Below the pieces are notes generated by a model. That model did not search any database. It saw nothing but the letters and a program-made list of their open reading frames with translations, and had not been told where the DNA came from. Of a DNA stretch of 64,000 bases, positions 24,043 through 37,028 are shown piece after piece. The position numbers and the translations under genes were made by a program. How positions within the stretch are numbered: the stretch's first letter is position 1; each line of letters opens with the position of its first letter. The DNA comes from Octopus bimaculoides (Eukaryota), in NCBI RefSeq assembly GCF_001194135.2, contig NC_068981.1, positions 199,435,774-199,499,773 of the forward strand, written 5' to 3'.

Positions 24043-25867
24043 AATCTATATTATATTATTTATATTTCATCCTAAAATGTCAAGCTGATACTATTATTCA
24101 TCATAAATACAATTTTTAACCCCACAGTCTTCTAAGGCATCCATTCCTTTTGTTTCTTGTATTTAGAAAAAAGTCTTTCTCAACCAACAAACATTACTTT
24201 ATCTATTCATGAGAAAATATTAGCAAAATTAATTTAACTAGAAATGCAGCAAGGGAAAATGCCATCGGCCAAGGAGTGATACTTTCAATTATCTGGCAAG
24301 AGTAACTTAAAATGCTGGACAAGTATTGATCTTGTGACCACTAAAGTAAAACTGTCACTGAGTTGATGAATAAATCACTAAATAAACATAAAAACCTGTC
24401 CTCCATTCGTTGGTATAGGAATAATGAATTCTGGAGATTCTAAATAAATTCTGAAATGTCTTCTGTACAATGAAACTAAAGGTGAGTTGGTGTTAAGATA
24501 TTTAATATAGAGAGTAGTAAATAACTGATTAGAAATAATTGTGTGCTGAGATAGAAAGGCAGACATACAAAATGCACAGATAGGCTGAGAGAGAGAGACT
24601 CATAGGCAGATAGGAAGATAGTCACACAGACAGACAGGCAGATTGCAGAGTTGGTGCTGATAGGAAATAACTGAAAACTCTACCATCCATTATCCTGGTA
24701 GTGGATGGTAGAATTGGTAGAATGTCAAAGCAGTGGATAGTAGAATTAAGAGAACTTTAGGAGACAGATTGATAAAACCAGCAGACCTCCATTGCAGGGG
24801 ATTCACAGAATGAGTAAAGTATGAGAAAAATATTATGTGCTGTTTTATTGTTTCCTCTTAAGTTCTTGTTTACTTTTCCATTAGGTCCGCTTAACTTTTC
24901 ATTCTTCAGAGGTCAATAACACAAAATACCAGTCATATCTGGGAGTTTATTTAATCAATTGTTTTCTCCCCACAAAACAGGCAGACTTGTGGTGTCTTAA
25001 CTTCCTCCATATTACAGAATTTATGAGTGACCAGTAGCAGAATATATAATATTTATGAGTGGTTATTGACAGGCAGAATATGCAGGATTTATGAATGTTG
25101 ATTAACAATATTCATGATTGATGAATAGTGGTAAACACAATATATAAAATTTATGAGTGATAATGAATAGATTGTACAGGATTTACGAATGGTTGAATGA
25201 CCAATGACAGAATTGATAAAACTTTAGTTTAAATAATTTAGTTTGTGCTTCCATACATTCATATCTTCCATTCAAATCCTGCCAAATTCCACTTTACCTT
25301 TCAGTCTTCTTAGGTCAATAAAATACCTGTTATATACTGGGTTCATTTAATTGATTATATGTGGTTTGTCCCTTTGTGCAGGAAATCTTTATTATAAGAA
25401 AAGCTAAATGTTTCCACACAACTTCTCTTTCTTATATAAACATGACATTTAAAGTAATTGACTTCTTTCATGGATTGTTGAAAACCCTACACCATCTCAC
25501 CAGCAAATTTTCCATATATTTGCATTAAAGGTTAAAATATTTCATTCCTCTTCTTTAACAAATTCAATAACCTCTTCATCAATTAATATAAATTAGTCTT
25601 TATTCTTCAAGATTACTCTCAAAGCTGTTCTAATTCCTACATTCATCCACTTCCAGGGAAAATACTTCAAGCAATCAACAGCATTTAGAAGCTGCAGTCG
25701 TTATTGCTTTGAAGAGTTAATTGAAATTTCTTTGGTTCTTTGCTAATTTTGGATAAGTAGTCATTTGGTTAAATAAAAAAAAATTCGTTTACAGCTATAT
25801 GCATACATACATATATATATGTGTGTGTGTGTACATAGGTATGTATATGTGTATGTATATATAGGTA

Positions 25868-26790
25868 CAGAGCTGGACATTAGTCTGTTAATCCATTAAT
25901 TGTTAATTAAGGAAGTTAACATTTATGTTAACGATTTAACTTTTAAGTTAACTTTGAAAATTATTATCGGACTAATTAACTTCCGTTACATTTAGCTTCC
26001 ATTAACTCAAAAATTTCATAAAAACCAGTAAACATTTAAAAGTTTCTATTGTTTTCAGATTGTCTTAGCATATTTAATATTGTACAGGTAAATCTTTCAA
26101 CCCTGATATAATGCCACTTATCATTATAAATAACTTGTTGAATCTCGTTTGGCCCTGCCTGGATTTGAAACCAAATTCATCCACTTGTTGTTACTTGCAA
26201 AGACAGTGGGAAAATTCTTTGTCCTGTCATAGAGGGAACAGTGATTGATCTGTTTCCACTTGATCCATGACCTCACTGAGGTGGATGTCAACAGAGAAAA
26301 TATTGACTTCCATAAAGTGGAAAAAATAAATGGAAGCAAAAATATTGGTAAATATTTCGGTGTGAACGCAAATAGCTGCTACGTGGTAGCAAGGAATGCT
26401 AGAAATTGCAACCAAATCTTTCCTTTTCTGGAGAAAAGGAGCCGTTTACCCATGATTTTGATATCACATTTGTTGAAAGCATGCAAAATAACCAGGAAAT
26501 GAAAAAAAGACCCACGAAACAAAAGTCCCTTGGTGGGAAACTTTGAGGTCCCCACCACCCCTCCCACCTTTCTTTTCCAGAAAAATATGGCTTGCGAATG
26601 GTTTGGAGGTCAGATATGTTGAATGCACCTGAAGAAAATTGTGGAAAAAAAATTATTCCACACCAAGGTATGAAATATTTACTGAAAGAATAAAATCTTG
26701 TATTGATTGTACCTGTATTTTAATTATTTCAAATTAATATACCTCATCTTGAAAAGTAGCAAAATTTTTGTCGGTTGCCATCTGGAATAA
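25868..26790 (+). mobile_element. Highly decayed Tc1-like transposon remnant
   Basis: TA|CAGAGCTGGACA start; PSHLSFPEK resembles SPDL.P.E; TERIKSCID resembles ..RI.ACI; many stops and frameshifts. Confidence 0.45.
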
Positions 26791-26832
26791 TTTTAGTGAA
26801 CAAATCAAATAGGTGAGATGCATTTAGAATTT

Positions 26833-27096
26833 CACGTTAAAAGCAACCAGTCCACACTATAATATGGTTGGCATTTGGAAGGGCAGCCAGCTGTAAAAAT
26901 CTCACCAAAACTAACTTTGCCTGTGCTTGTGCCATGTAAAAGTCCACTCTGCAGAGTGGTTGGTGTTAGGGAGGGCATCCAACTGTAAAAACCCTGCCAA
27001 AACAGACACAGTGGCCTAGGGTAGTTATTCTATCTGGCTGGCTCCTGTCAACCGTCCTACCCATGCATGCATGGAAGATGGATGTTACATGATGAC
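26833..27096 (+). mobile_element. Second SINE-like copy with duplicated conserved domain
   Basis: Collinear with 23712-24042. Confidence 0.75.
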
Positions 27097-27361
27097 ATAT
27101 ATATATATATATACATATATATACATATATACATATATACATATATACATATATGTATGCATGTTTGTATGTTTGTGTCTCCTTGTCTTAGCATTGCATG
27201 ATGGTTGTAAATGAGTGTCACTGTCATACACGCAGTGTCCTTGCTTTCTGTGAAAACTTGTCTAGCTAATTGGGTAGTATTATTACTTGGCTCAGAAGCA
27301 ACAAGGAGAGCAGTCAGCTAAAGCAAATTGGCTTCATTAAACTTTTCCAAACCGATGCTTA

Positions 27362-27750
27362 CATCATCATCATCGTCGTCGTTTAATGTCTGCCTTCCAT
27401 GCTGACATGGGTTGGACGGTTTGACTGAGAGCTGGCAAGCCAGGAGGCTACACCAGGCTCCAATCTGATCTGGCAAAGTTTCTATAGCTGGATACTCTTC
27501 CTAACAGCAACCACTCTGAGAGTGTAGTTGGTGCTGTTATACATGCTACCAGTATGGGAGCCAGTCGGGCAGTACTGACATTGACCACGCTTGAATGGTG
27601 CTTTTTACGTGCCACTGGCATGGGAGCCAGTCAGACGGCACTGGCATCGACCAGCATCAAATGGTGCTTTTTATGTGCCACTGGCACGGGACCAGTCTTG
27701 CCGGCACTGGCATCGACCACACTCGAATGGTGCTTTTTACATGCCATTGT
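27362..27750 (-). mobile_element. RTE 3' UTR fragment with three or more 66-bp modules
   Basis: ggtgctttttac/tgtgcc units at ~27530, 27597, 27663 and 27729. Confidence 0.88.
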
Positions 27751-28163
27751 AAAGTTATTCTCAGAATAACATTCTCCGTCCCCTTTTTCCATCCATTTCT
27801 CTATGTCCCCATCTCATCCCTACAAGTTCTGCACAACTGCATTACTTCCCTCGTGAGAGTTAGAGCTAGATAGAGAGTTTAAGATAGATAGAGAGAGAGA
27901 GAGAAGGGGGGTGGAGAGAAAGAATCAATGTGACTCAGACAGAACCAGTGTGATACAGTGAGTAAGAAGGCTGTTCCTTTTGAATTACAGGTACAATCCA
28001 TCTAATGGGCTTTCCTACAGTTTCTGTCTACTATAGAGCATATTCCATAGTGGGATTGATCCCAGAACCTAGAAGTTATCAAGTAAAGTTCTTCACCATT
28101 CGGTTATACAACCCTTACATTTACTTACATACATACACAACTGTGTTTGTGTGCATCTACGTA

Positions 28164-28200
<37 letters not shown>

Positions 28201-28731
28201 ACACACACACACACACATATAATACATGTATAATGTATGAATATATGTCTCTATGTAAATCTATACATCTGTGACTGAATCGGTTTGTATGGATATACCT
28301 GTGCATGTTAGAAATTATGAATTATATTTAAAGCAGAATAAGGAGATTACTACTCAAGAATAGATGCTGTTAGTGAATAATCCTCTTAATGGATGCGGAT
28401 AACTTAGATTTACTTAAGTTTATATTATTTGTGTGTATATTATATTTGTGTAGAGAGATATGACTGTTTATACATACCATGATAAACATACCCTTGAATA
28501 AAGTGTATATGTAACTCTTTGCCTGCAAATGTATGTGTGTATGTGTGTGTGTGTGTATATATATGTATAAACATATATGTATACATATATACATATACAT
28601 ACATACATACATACATACATTCATCATCATCACCATCATTATATATGTATGTATATATATATATATATCTTCTTTTATCCCTTTGCATGTTCCAATCAAA
28701 ACACTATGACCATGTTAGAGCACACACACTT

Positions 28732-28768
<37 letters not shown>

Positions 28769-29485
28769 CGTGCGCATTTTGCTATGGGAAACAAAACCAG
28801 TATTAAAGTAAAATAGTAGTCTGTGTATCATAGTTAATGCAAAGACATCACAAAAAGCCAAATGAACTGCTGTATTCACCTGGAGATAATGTATCTTATG
28901 GACGTATTGTGTTAAATGACACAAAAATATGTCAGTACTAAATGAAAATTGTCTTTCTCTGATGTATTCACATTAAGTATGATGCACAGATATTGTCTCT
29001 ATTGCACATAATGAATCTTTATTCTGCTGGTTGGCTAATTACAACATCAGTGATTCTTCAGTCACTGTTTTCTTATATCAGTTACAACAGATTTAGACTT
29101 AGCATGTGATTACCAATGGGTACTTGCTCCTGAAGAAGCCCCAAAAAGACAGAAATACATGACTAGCAATACCACCACCACCACTGGATGAGTTTTGCCA
29201 GTTACTTATTATATATTGTTTGTGTTATTTAACACTGTACGTCTATCAGAGATGTTATCTCAGGACATATACAGCAACTAATTTGACTTATCACTATGTA
29301 TTTGCACTAAGTATCACACATGCACACACACTTACTCACACACACACACACACTTACTCACACACACACACTTACTCACACACACACACATGTATAGAAA
29401 ACCTTCCTCAGTGAATTCAGTCTGACCCATGCAAACATGGAAAAGTGGATGCTAAATGATAATGATGATGATGATGAGGAAGATG

Positions 29486-29537
<52 letters not shown>

Positions 29538-29577
29538 AAAGCGGACGTTAAACGATATATAAATGCGTGTATGTATA

Positions 29578-30255
29578 AGAGGGAATACCCAAAAGTAACA
29601 GGAAATGTTGCCTGAGGGTCACATCAAGTGGCTTCTAGCGACAGAAGCCACTTGATGCGACCTTCAGGCATCAGTCATCGAGTATAGTCCTACAGCCACA
29701 TGGTGTATCTTTGTTTCACAGTGATTCTTCCCTGTTTGTCGATTTTTGCGATAGTTGAAATAAAGAAACAGCGTGCTTCCATGAAATTTTGTTTTCTACA
29801 GGAGAAAATGGCGGCTGAAACAGTTGTCATGCTTCAAACAGCTTACAAAGATGCTGCTATGAGCAAAAACCAAGTTTACAACTGGTTCTGACGCTTTAGG
29901 AATGGTCACTTGTTGTTTGAAGACCAACCTCATTCAGAGCGACTGTCGACCTCCCAAACAAATGAAAACATTCACCGAACAATTGACGAGTTCGTTGGTA
30001 TGACTGGTATATCTTGGAACTCCTGCCAACAAATTTTGAGCAAAGAATTGCAAATGAAAAGAGTTGCAGCAAAATTTATGCCTCACTTGCTCGCGGAAGA
30101 TCAAAAGCAGTCATGGTTGAATGTGTGCCGTGAACTGAAAGAATAGTTGGAAGTTGAACTGAACCTTTTTCGTAGGTCATCACTGCTGACGAAAGCTGGT
30201 GCCACGGCTACGACCTGGAAACAAAGTAACAATCAAATCACAAGAAGCACTTAAT
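29578..30255 (+). mobile_element. Mariner transposon 5' part (truncated)
   Basis: QRASMKFCF..K.AAETVVMLQTAY, VYNWF*RF, EDQPHSER.STS, MKRVAAKFMPHLL, TADESW; TIR-like gagggaatacccaaaagtaac. Confidence 0.88.
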
Positions 30256-30274
30256 GTCACCCCCGCCCCCAAGT

Positions 30275-30510
30275 GCAGAGCAAGACACTTTATTTCACGT
30301 TGCTCCAGTTCACTCAGCTGTAGAAATGAGTTGCAGCATCACTGGTGCCCAGCTGTATCGGCCCCTTTTGCCCTTCTTTGGGATAACATTAGTGGCATGG
30401 AGAGGACAGGCTGGTAGGCATGGCCGACTGCTAGTCTTCCATAAACAACCTTGTCTGGACTTTCTACATGCAATTCCATGATCATTCTTGACCGAAGGGG
30501 TCTCTCTCGA
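30275..30510 (+). mobile_element. CORE-like SINE fragment (different family)
   Basis: gcaagacactttatttcacgttgctccagttcactcagctgtagaaatgag block. Confidence 0.5.
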
Positions 30511-30572
30511 GCATAAAGTATGTATATGTATACACACACACACACTTCAAGTGCTTGTATCTTTCTAACTTT

Positions 30573-30603
<31 letters not shown>

Positions 30604-30802
30604 CTGTCTGTCTTTCTGTCTGTGCCAATACATACATTAAAAACATTTTTACTGACCACTACTAAAATTCAGGATATTTTTCAAAACAATTTTCTTTTTT
30701 GTAGAAGTGAAATTATTATCGTTAGATTTAAGCCCCTAGGACACATTATGAACTGATTGGTGTTAAGGAGAGCATCCAGCTGTAGAAACCATTTTAAAGT
30801 AG

Positions 30803-31482
30803 ACAGTGGTTGAGGGTACCTGTGGAAGAGGTAAACCCAGGAAGACCTGGGATGAGGTGGTGAAGCACGACCTTCGAACATTAGGCCTCACCAAGGCAAT
30901 GAGTAGTGACCAAAACCTTTGGAAATATGCTGTGCGTGAGAAGACCCGGCAAGCCAAATGAAACCATAACCCATGGCCTCTGCCAGGGGTGTAACCAGCC
31001 CACTTATGCGTACCTTTCCTTCATCGGACACTAAACTCTGCTTGCGAAGACCTGCTGAGGCAAGTGAAATCGAAATTGAAATCAAAATCATATTCGATGA
31101 CAGCACTGCATGATTGGCATCCATACTAGTGGAGCACTAAGAGCACCATCCAAGCATGATCGCTGCCAGGGTCACTGACTGGCTCCTGTGCTGGTGGCAC
31201 GTAAAAAGCACCATTTTGAGTGTGGCCATTGCCAGTACCGCCTGACTGGCCCTCGTGCTGGTGGCACATAAAAGCACCCAATACACTCTCGGAGTGGTTG
31301 GCGTTAGGAAGGGCATCCAGCTGTAGAAACTCTGCCAGATCAGATTGGAGCCTGGTGCAGCCATCTGGTTCACCAGTCCTCAGTCAAATCGTCTAACCCA
31401 TGCTAGCATGGGAAGCGGACGTTAAACAATGAAGATAATGATGATGATGATGATGATGATGATGTTGATGATGATGATGATG
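30803..31482 (+). mobile_element. RTE LINE 3' end: ORF2 C-terminus, 3' UTR with three modules, conserved domain, (GAT)n
   Basis: GTCGRGKPRKTWDEVVKHDLRTLGLTKAM.SD..LWKYAV.EKTRQAK* (stop at 30961) is contiguous with the repeat tail. Confidence 0.9.
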
Positions 31483-32109
31483 AGTGGAGCATGATTAGTT
31501 CTTGGGTCCATTGGACCCTGCCAAAGCATCCAACCTATGATAGCATGGAGCATGGATGTTAAATGATGAGGATGATTGTTTCTATAAAAATAATTATATT
31601 CATTTTATTCATTAGCAGAATTTAATATTCAGTACTTCTACCTCGAATATCTTTGAGTTCTTTTTTGCCTTCTTTGGTTTTTGTTTTACATTCTTCAAAT
31701 GAGGTTCACTGTCACCTTGTCAATAATTTCGCTTCTAATTTATGCAATTTTTCTAAAATTATGCAATTAAATTTCTTGCTTTAAAGCAATATCAATCAAT
31801 TTTTGACTTTAACGATCTGTCATTAATTTTTAATAATTACTGTTGTTTTTGTTGTTATTGTTTAACCCCAGGCCAGACTTGATCAAACAGATCTAAGATC
31901 AAAGATAGTTCAGTCCTGACCACACCATCCTCTTCCATGTGTTACTGTAAATGGGACTGGATTATGCAATGGTTATGCCATTAGCTAATTAGCACAAGTC
32001 TATGTGGTTGTTTAATTTGCTAAAAATAGAAGCTGAAACATCCTTATATCATATCTAACATTTTTTTTAAATGGTAGGAAACATTGTAAGACCATTTAAC
32101 AGTATTCAT

Positions 32110-32207
32110 TCAAGAGATTGTCCAGTCAAGAGATTGTCCAGTCAAGAGATTGTCCAGTCAAGATATTGTCCAGTCAAGAGATTGTCCAGTCAAGAGATTG
32201 TCCAGTC
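32110..32207. repeat. 16-bp tandem repeat x6 (TCAAGAGATTGTCCAG)
   Basis: Five identical units and one with a single substitution. Confidence 0.97.
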
Positions 32208-32238
32208 TACAATGTATGATCTTTGATAAACAAATTAA

Positions 32239-32458
32239 GCCTTTAGCATTCAGATGATCCTGTCATTTCTAATGCTTATTTATTCCCATTGTTTTGAATT
32301 GATTGTGCAATATATCACAGCTTTGAGATTTGCAAATGTGATTGATTATTTTAAGAATGACATTTTAGGTTAGATGTGAGAGGCCAGGTCTGGCCACTTT
32401 GAACATTAAACAAGGAGAATATTTTGGGCCGGATAGGGCAGGTTTAAATGCTAAAGGG
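32239..32458. mobile_element. piggyBac-type MITE
   Basis: TTAA|GCCTTTAGCATT ... AATGCTAAAGGG|TTAA (TIRs with TTAA TSD). Confidence 0.8.
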
Positions 32459-32994
32459 TTAAGACATTTAGGTGAATGAGGAATGAATTCTCATATTGGT
32501 AAAGCATCAATCTTGAATAAACAGGCTGCTGCAGAAAGAGAAAGTATTTTCATATAGTTTGGTGCCAAGTTTTCAATAACACCGACAGTATAAAATTTAA
32601 CCCATCAAATCTAAAACTTCAGGAAATCTTTGAAATTCTTTTCCCTCTCACATCTAAAATATTTGACTGAAAGGTCAATAAATTTGATTTAAAAGCCATA
32701 TTTTGGCTGTGTCTTCAACTTTAAAGAGACAACAAATAGTTCCATATTTGTACATTTGATTATGTGCTTTCATTTATTTTTTAGCCATTGTAGTGTTTTG
32801 GATGTAGAATGTAATTAATGTAAATAAAATTTTAAAAGTTTGTGAAACAAACCTAATCTTCTGTTGTACACACCCAGAGACTGAGGGCACCCCCCCCCAG
32901 ACAATTATAGTTCTTTTTACTAATACATCAAAGCAAAATTTCTTTTGATAGTGCTTGAAATTATGTTTTGGAGGGAGAATCTTCAGTATTCTCG

Positions 32995-33050
32995 TGATCC
33001 TCCGACCGCGAGTTCGCTGCCCTAACCACTGGGCCATTGCGCCTCTACAA
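32995..33050 (-). mobile_element. Isolated tRNA-derived SINE head
   Basis: gaggcgcaaTGGCCCAGTGGttagggcagcg A-box; truncated before the B-box. Confidence 0.55.
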
Positions 33051-33891
33051 TTCACTGTGCATACCACCCTAAAAGTAACAGTGACAGGTTCTACCTACCA
33101 TAAAAAGAAGGGGGCAGAGGATTGCAAAATCCAGACAACACCATCAGTCCAGCCAAATTGAGTTTGAAAAAGATGATTAGATGTATATATAGGAAGGAGA
33201 ATCTATGAAGAAATGTCCTCAGTTCCTTACATGTCAGCTGTGAGGAGCATTTTCTCAAACAATAGACTACATTGTGCTCAAATGTCCCACACAGCCCCTA
33301 CAAAATATGTTTGGAGACATTGTAATCTTGCTTCAAAAAACTTAGTGGCTGAACCTTATGACTTGTTAGAACACACACACACACAAAATTCAATGCTTAT
33401 TTATAGCACAATGTCTCCTTATTAATCCAGTATTTAATACTGATTTTAAAACACAATCCTTTCTTATGTAATTTTTTCCAAGAAAACATTTTGTTTCGAT
33501 TGCAATAGTAAAATATGTTTGGAGAAATATGGAGCACAAAAGTCAATTTAAAAAAAAGCCATGAGATGAGCAAAAACACAAAAGATACCAAAACTGGTTA
33601 TGGCTGTCAGTTTGAAAAATCTAAGTAATATATAGTTATCAACAAAATCTGAACCAGTTACTCAATAAGAAACTTAAGATGCAACAACTTTATAACAAGT
33701 CTCAGAGCAAACAAGTCATTACTAAATGAGAGCCTCAAACATTAAAGAGTAATGAAGAGAAAATGTTTGCTTGCCACAAAATATTTAAAAATTTGAGTAA
33801 GCAGCAACCTTTTCCATTGATATCTTAAATTCACTCCAATTCACTCTCTATTTCGTATCTAATCTAAATTGCTTAACCGTCTTCTCACACC

Positions 33892-33939
33892 GTCTCCGAT
33901 GAAGGGATATAATAAATACCCTGGAAACAGCTGTAAGAC
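33892..33939 (+). ncRNA. Type-I hammerhead motif with core variant
   Basis: GUCU-CCGAUGA-AGGG(loop)CCCU-G-GAAAC-AGCU-GUA-AGAC; U4C change and an extra G. Confidence 0.55.
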
Positions 33940-34152
33940 CTTCTATTTATAAATGTTCTATATTATACACAGCTTTGGTATTTTATCTCATTATGAAAAG
34001 TAAATTTTTATATACACATGCTGATATATGACCTACGTTGGCCCCCTTATTCGTATAATCACCAAACCTGGAGCTTAACTATGGTCTATCCACAGCACTT
34101 GCTCAGCATTACCTGACAACTCTGGGTCTCATTGACACCACTACCGCTCATA

Positions 34153-34279
34153 NNNNNNNNNNNNNNNNNNNNNNNNNNNNNNNNNNNNNNNNNNNNNNNN
34201 NNNNNNNNNNNNNNNNNNNNNNNNNNNNNNNNNNNNNNNNNNNNNNNNNNNNNNNNNNNNNNNNNNNNNNNNNNNNNNN
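34153..34279. other. Assembly gap (N run)
   Basis: Run of N. Confidence 1.
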
Positions 34280-34314
34280 TATATACATATATATATATAC
34301 ATATATATATATCT

Positions 34315-35095
34315 TCCACCCTTTCTGAACCAAACATTTTCGTGAAAGGAACAAATTTAGAAGTCATTGACACCTTTGTTTATCTTAGAAGCAGACTGTC
34401 AAGAGATGGTAGTCTTCATACAGAGATGTATTATCGAATAGGGAAGGGAAATATTGCAGTTGGAAAGCTTGAAAAGCAAGTCTGGGTGAATAGAGGTATT
34501 TCCCTGCTGACAAAAATCAGTGTCTAGAAAGCGTGTGTATTGACTGCACTTCTTTGTTCAAGTAAGACGTGGACCACTTAAAGGCATCATATGAAAAGTG
34601 CCTCAGACATTTCTTGGGAGACAAGTGAGAATGTTTCATACAAGAGACAGAAGTTTTGTGCATCAAATGTTGTAGCTCAAATAAACAATATGTTATTTTG
34701 GTTCAAATGAGATGGACTGGTCATGTTATTAGAATGAAAGGTAAGTGATGGTCAAAGCATATTTTTTATGGTGAGCTCAACTCTGGCAACATAAACCATG
34801 GAAAAGGTAAAAGGACTGTGTGAAGGAAAACCTGAAAAAACTAGGTATGAAGAAAAATGACTGGGAAAATAATTTTCTAGACTAGAAAAGGTGGAGAGGT
34901 GCTGTTAGGACTGGTTGCAATGCCTGGGAGGAAAAGATGATTCAGCACTCTGAACTGAAAAGGGCCTGCCGCAAAGGAACAATTGGGACTGTAATCAGCA
35001 GTGAACATTGGATATATATTGTGTGTGATCGTGTTCTGCTGTCAAAAGCAGGATACGTGAATCATATGAAGTCACGTGGAAATCGAAATGCCCAG
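34315..35095 (+). pseudogene. RTE (BovB-like) ORF2 C-terminal remnant
   Basis: LEVIDTFVYLRSRLSRDGSL..E..RIGK..AVGKL.KQVW..RGISL.TKISV; C-terminal CDR...SKAGYVNH. Confidence 0.8.
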
Positions 35096-35647
35096 ACAAG
35101 TATGCAGACTGTATTTTATGTGTTAACATTAATCGTATTTACACATAGATGTGTTCACACTCACACACACTCACACACACACACATGTATATGTATCCTA
35201 TCAACATAAAATGCTGTGTTAACTTTTATTCAAATTCCTTTGGTTATTATTTGTTGGTGATTCGTTGGAAAAACGCTTTATTTTACATCATCAACATTAT
35301 TCTGCTGCAGACTTGGCTGACTCTTAAATTCTTTGCTTGTCCTAAGTGAAAAATAGATACTCTCCATTGTTTTTACTTCAATCTCGGCCAAATTACTCTG
35401 TATTTCGTCTTCTACATTGACTGGGTCCATATTTTCCACAACTTCAACAATCCTGTCATCCCTTGAGCACTTTGCATTTGAAATTCCTGTAGTTTACATC
35501 GTTCACAGTTATTTCTTCTCCGGCTGCAGCTGTTACTTTGTCAGATTTTGATATCAGCATACAGCAGCAGCAGCAGCAGTAGTAGTTATAGTGGAGGTGG
35601 TGGTGGTCTCCTCATACACTGAACCTTTTCTGTCCTTTTTCACAGGT

Positions 35648-36799
35648 CAGTGTTTTTCAACTGGGGTTCCCTGGAACCCTAACATTCCGCAAAAAATTCC
35701 TAGAGGTTCTGCAAGAAAGAGTGAGATAAGCCAATGCCAATTTCATTTATCGTAATATCACTAAACATGCACAACATATTATTGGTTATTGTCATATAGA
35801 CATCGTCCTATCTAACCTATTATGTTATCAAAAAAATATAACAACCATTGGGGATATGTTTAGTGATGTCTGTAATTTATGGACACCCTATATATATCAT
35901 CATCATCATCATCATCGTTTAACGTCCACTTTCCCTGCTGGCATGGGTTGGACGGTTTGACTGAGAACAGGTGAACCAGAGGGCTGCACCAGGCTCCAAT
36001 CTGATCTGGCAGAGTTTCTACAGCTGGATGCCCTTCCTAACGCCAACCACTCCAAGAGTGTAGTGAGTGCTTTTTACATGCCACCGGCATGAGGGCCAGT
36101 CAGGCGGTTCTGGCAACGACCACGCTTAAAAGGTGTTTTTACATGTCACCTGCACAGGAGCCAGTCTGGCGGCACTGGCAACAACCATGATCGAATGTTG
36201 CTTTTGACATGCTACTGGCACATGTGCCGGTAAGGCGACACTGGCAATGATCAGACTGGAATGGTGCTTTTCGTGTGTCACCGGCACGGGAGCCAATCCG
36301 TGGCCCTGGTAACAATCACACTCGGAAGTGCTTTTAACATTCCACTGGCACGAGTGCCCATCAGGCAGTACTGTCATCGGCCACGTCAGCGATTTTGATT
36401 TGTTTACACTTGCCTCAATGGGTCTTCACAAGCAAAGTTCATTGTCCAATGAATGAGGGGTGCTCATAAGTGGCCTGCTTACACCACACATTCAGATGTG
36501 ATTTTAACGTTCCACTAGCAAGAGTGCCAATGAGGTGGTATTGTTGTCGGCCACGTCAGCAATTTTGATTTTGATTCCACTTGCCTCAACAGGTCTTCAC
36601 AAGCAAGGTTTATTGTCCAATGAATGAGGGGTATTCATGAATGGGTTGGTTACACCCACTGGCATAGGCCATGGGCTATGGTCTCACTTGGTTTGTTGGG
36701 TCTTCTCAAGCACAGCATATCTCCAAAGGTCCCGGTTGCTAGTGATTGCCTCGGTAAGGCCCAATGTTTAAAGGTCGTACTTCACCACCTCATCCCAAG

Positions 36800-36896
<97 letters not shown>

Positions 36897-37028
36897 GATA
36901 TTTACCACGTGAACTATGACAAAAAAATATGAGAAAAATATGGTATAAAAAAATTTTTGTGCAGGGCTTCTTTGAGACGTAATTTATTTTAAGGGTTACA
37001 CAAGGGGAAAAAGGGTTGAGAAACACTG
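35648..37028. mobile_element. hAT (Charlie-like) non-autonomous element containing a nested RTE 3' end
   Basis: TIR CAGTGTTTTTCAAC (35648-35661) / GTTGAGAAACACTG (37015-37028), 13/14 match; subterminal ggggttccctggaaccct palindrome; no clear TSD. Confidence 0.7.
35897..36797 (-). mobile_element. RTE LINE 3' end with five 66-bp modules and an internal UTR duplication
   Basis: WDEVVKYDL*TLGLTEAITSNRDLWRYAVLEKTQQTK*; 36335-36480 resembles 36510-36650. Confidence 0.88.

Noticed and set aside
24679-24712. 11-bp perfect inverted repeat TCTACCATCCA/TGGATGGTAGA
   Set aside because: Isolated and short, within degenerate local repeats; no functional context.
26450-26628. Minus-strand exon-like frame (AFNISDLQTIRKPYFSGKERWEGWWGP...) with plausible splice sites
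   Set aside because: The opposite strand carries degenerate Tc1 transposase motifs and a TIR-like start, which explains the region better.
32995-33050. Possible tRNA gene
   Set aside because: Only an A-box and 5' half are present, with no B-box or cloverleaf; it is a SINE head.
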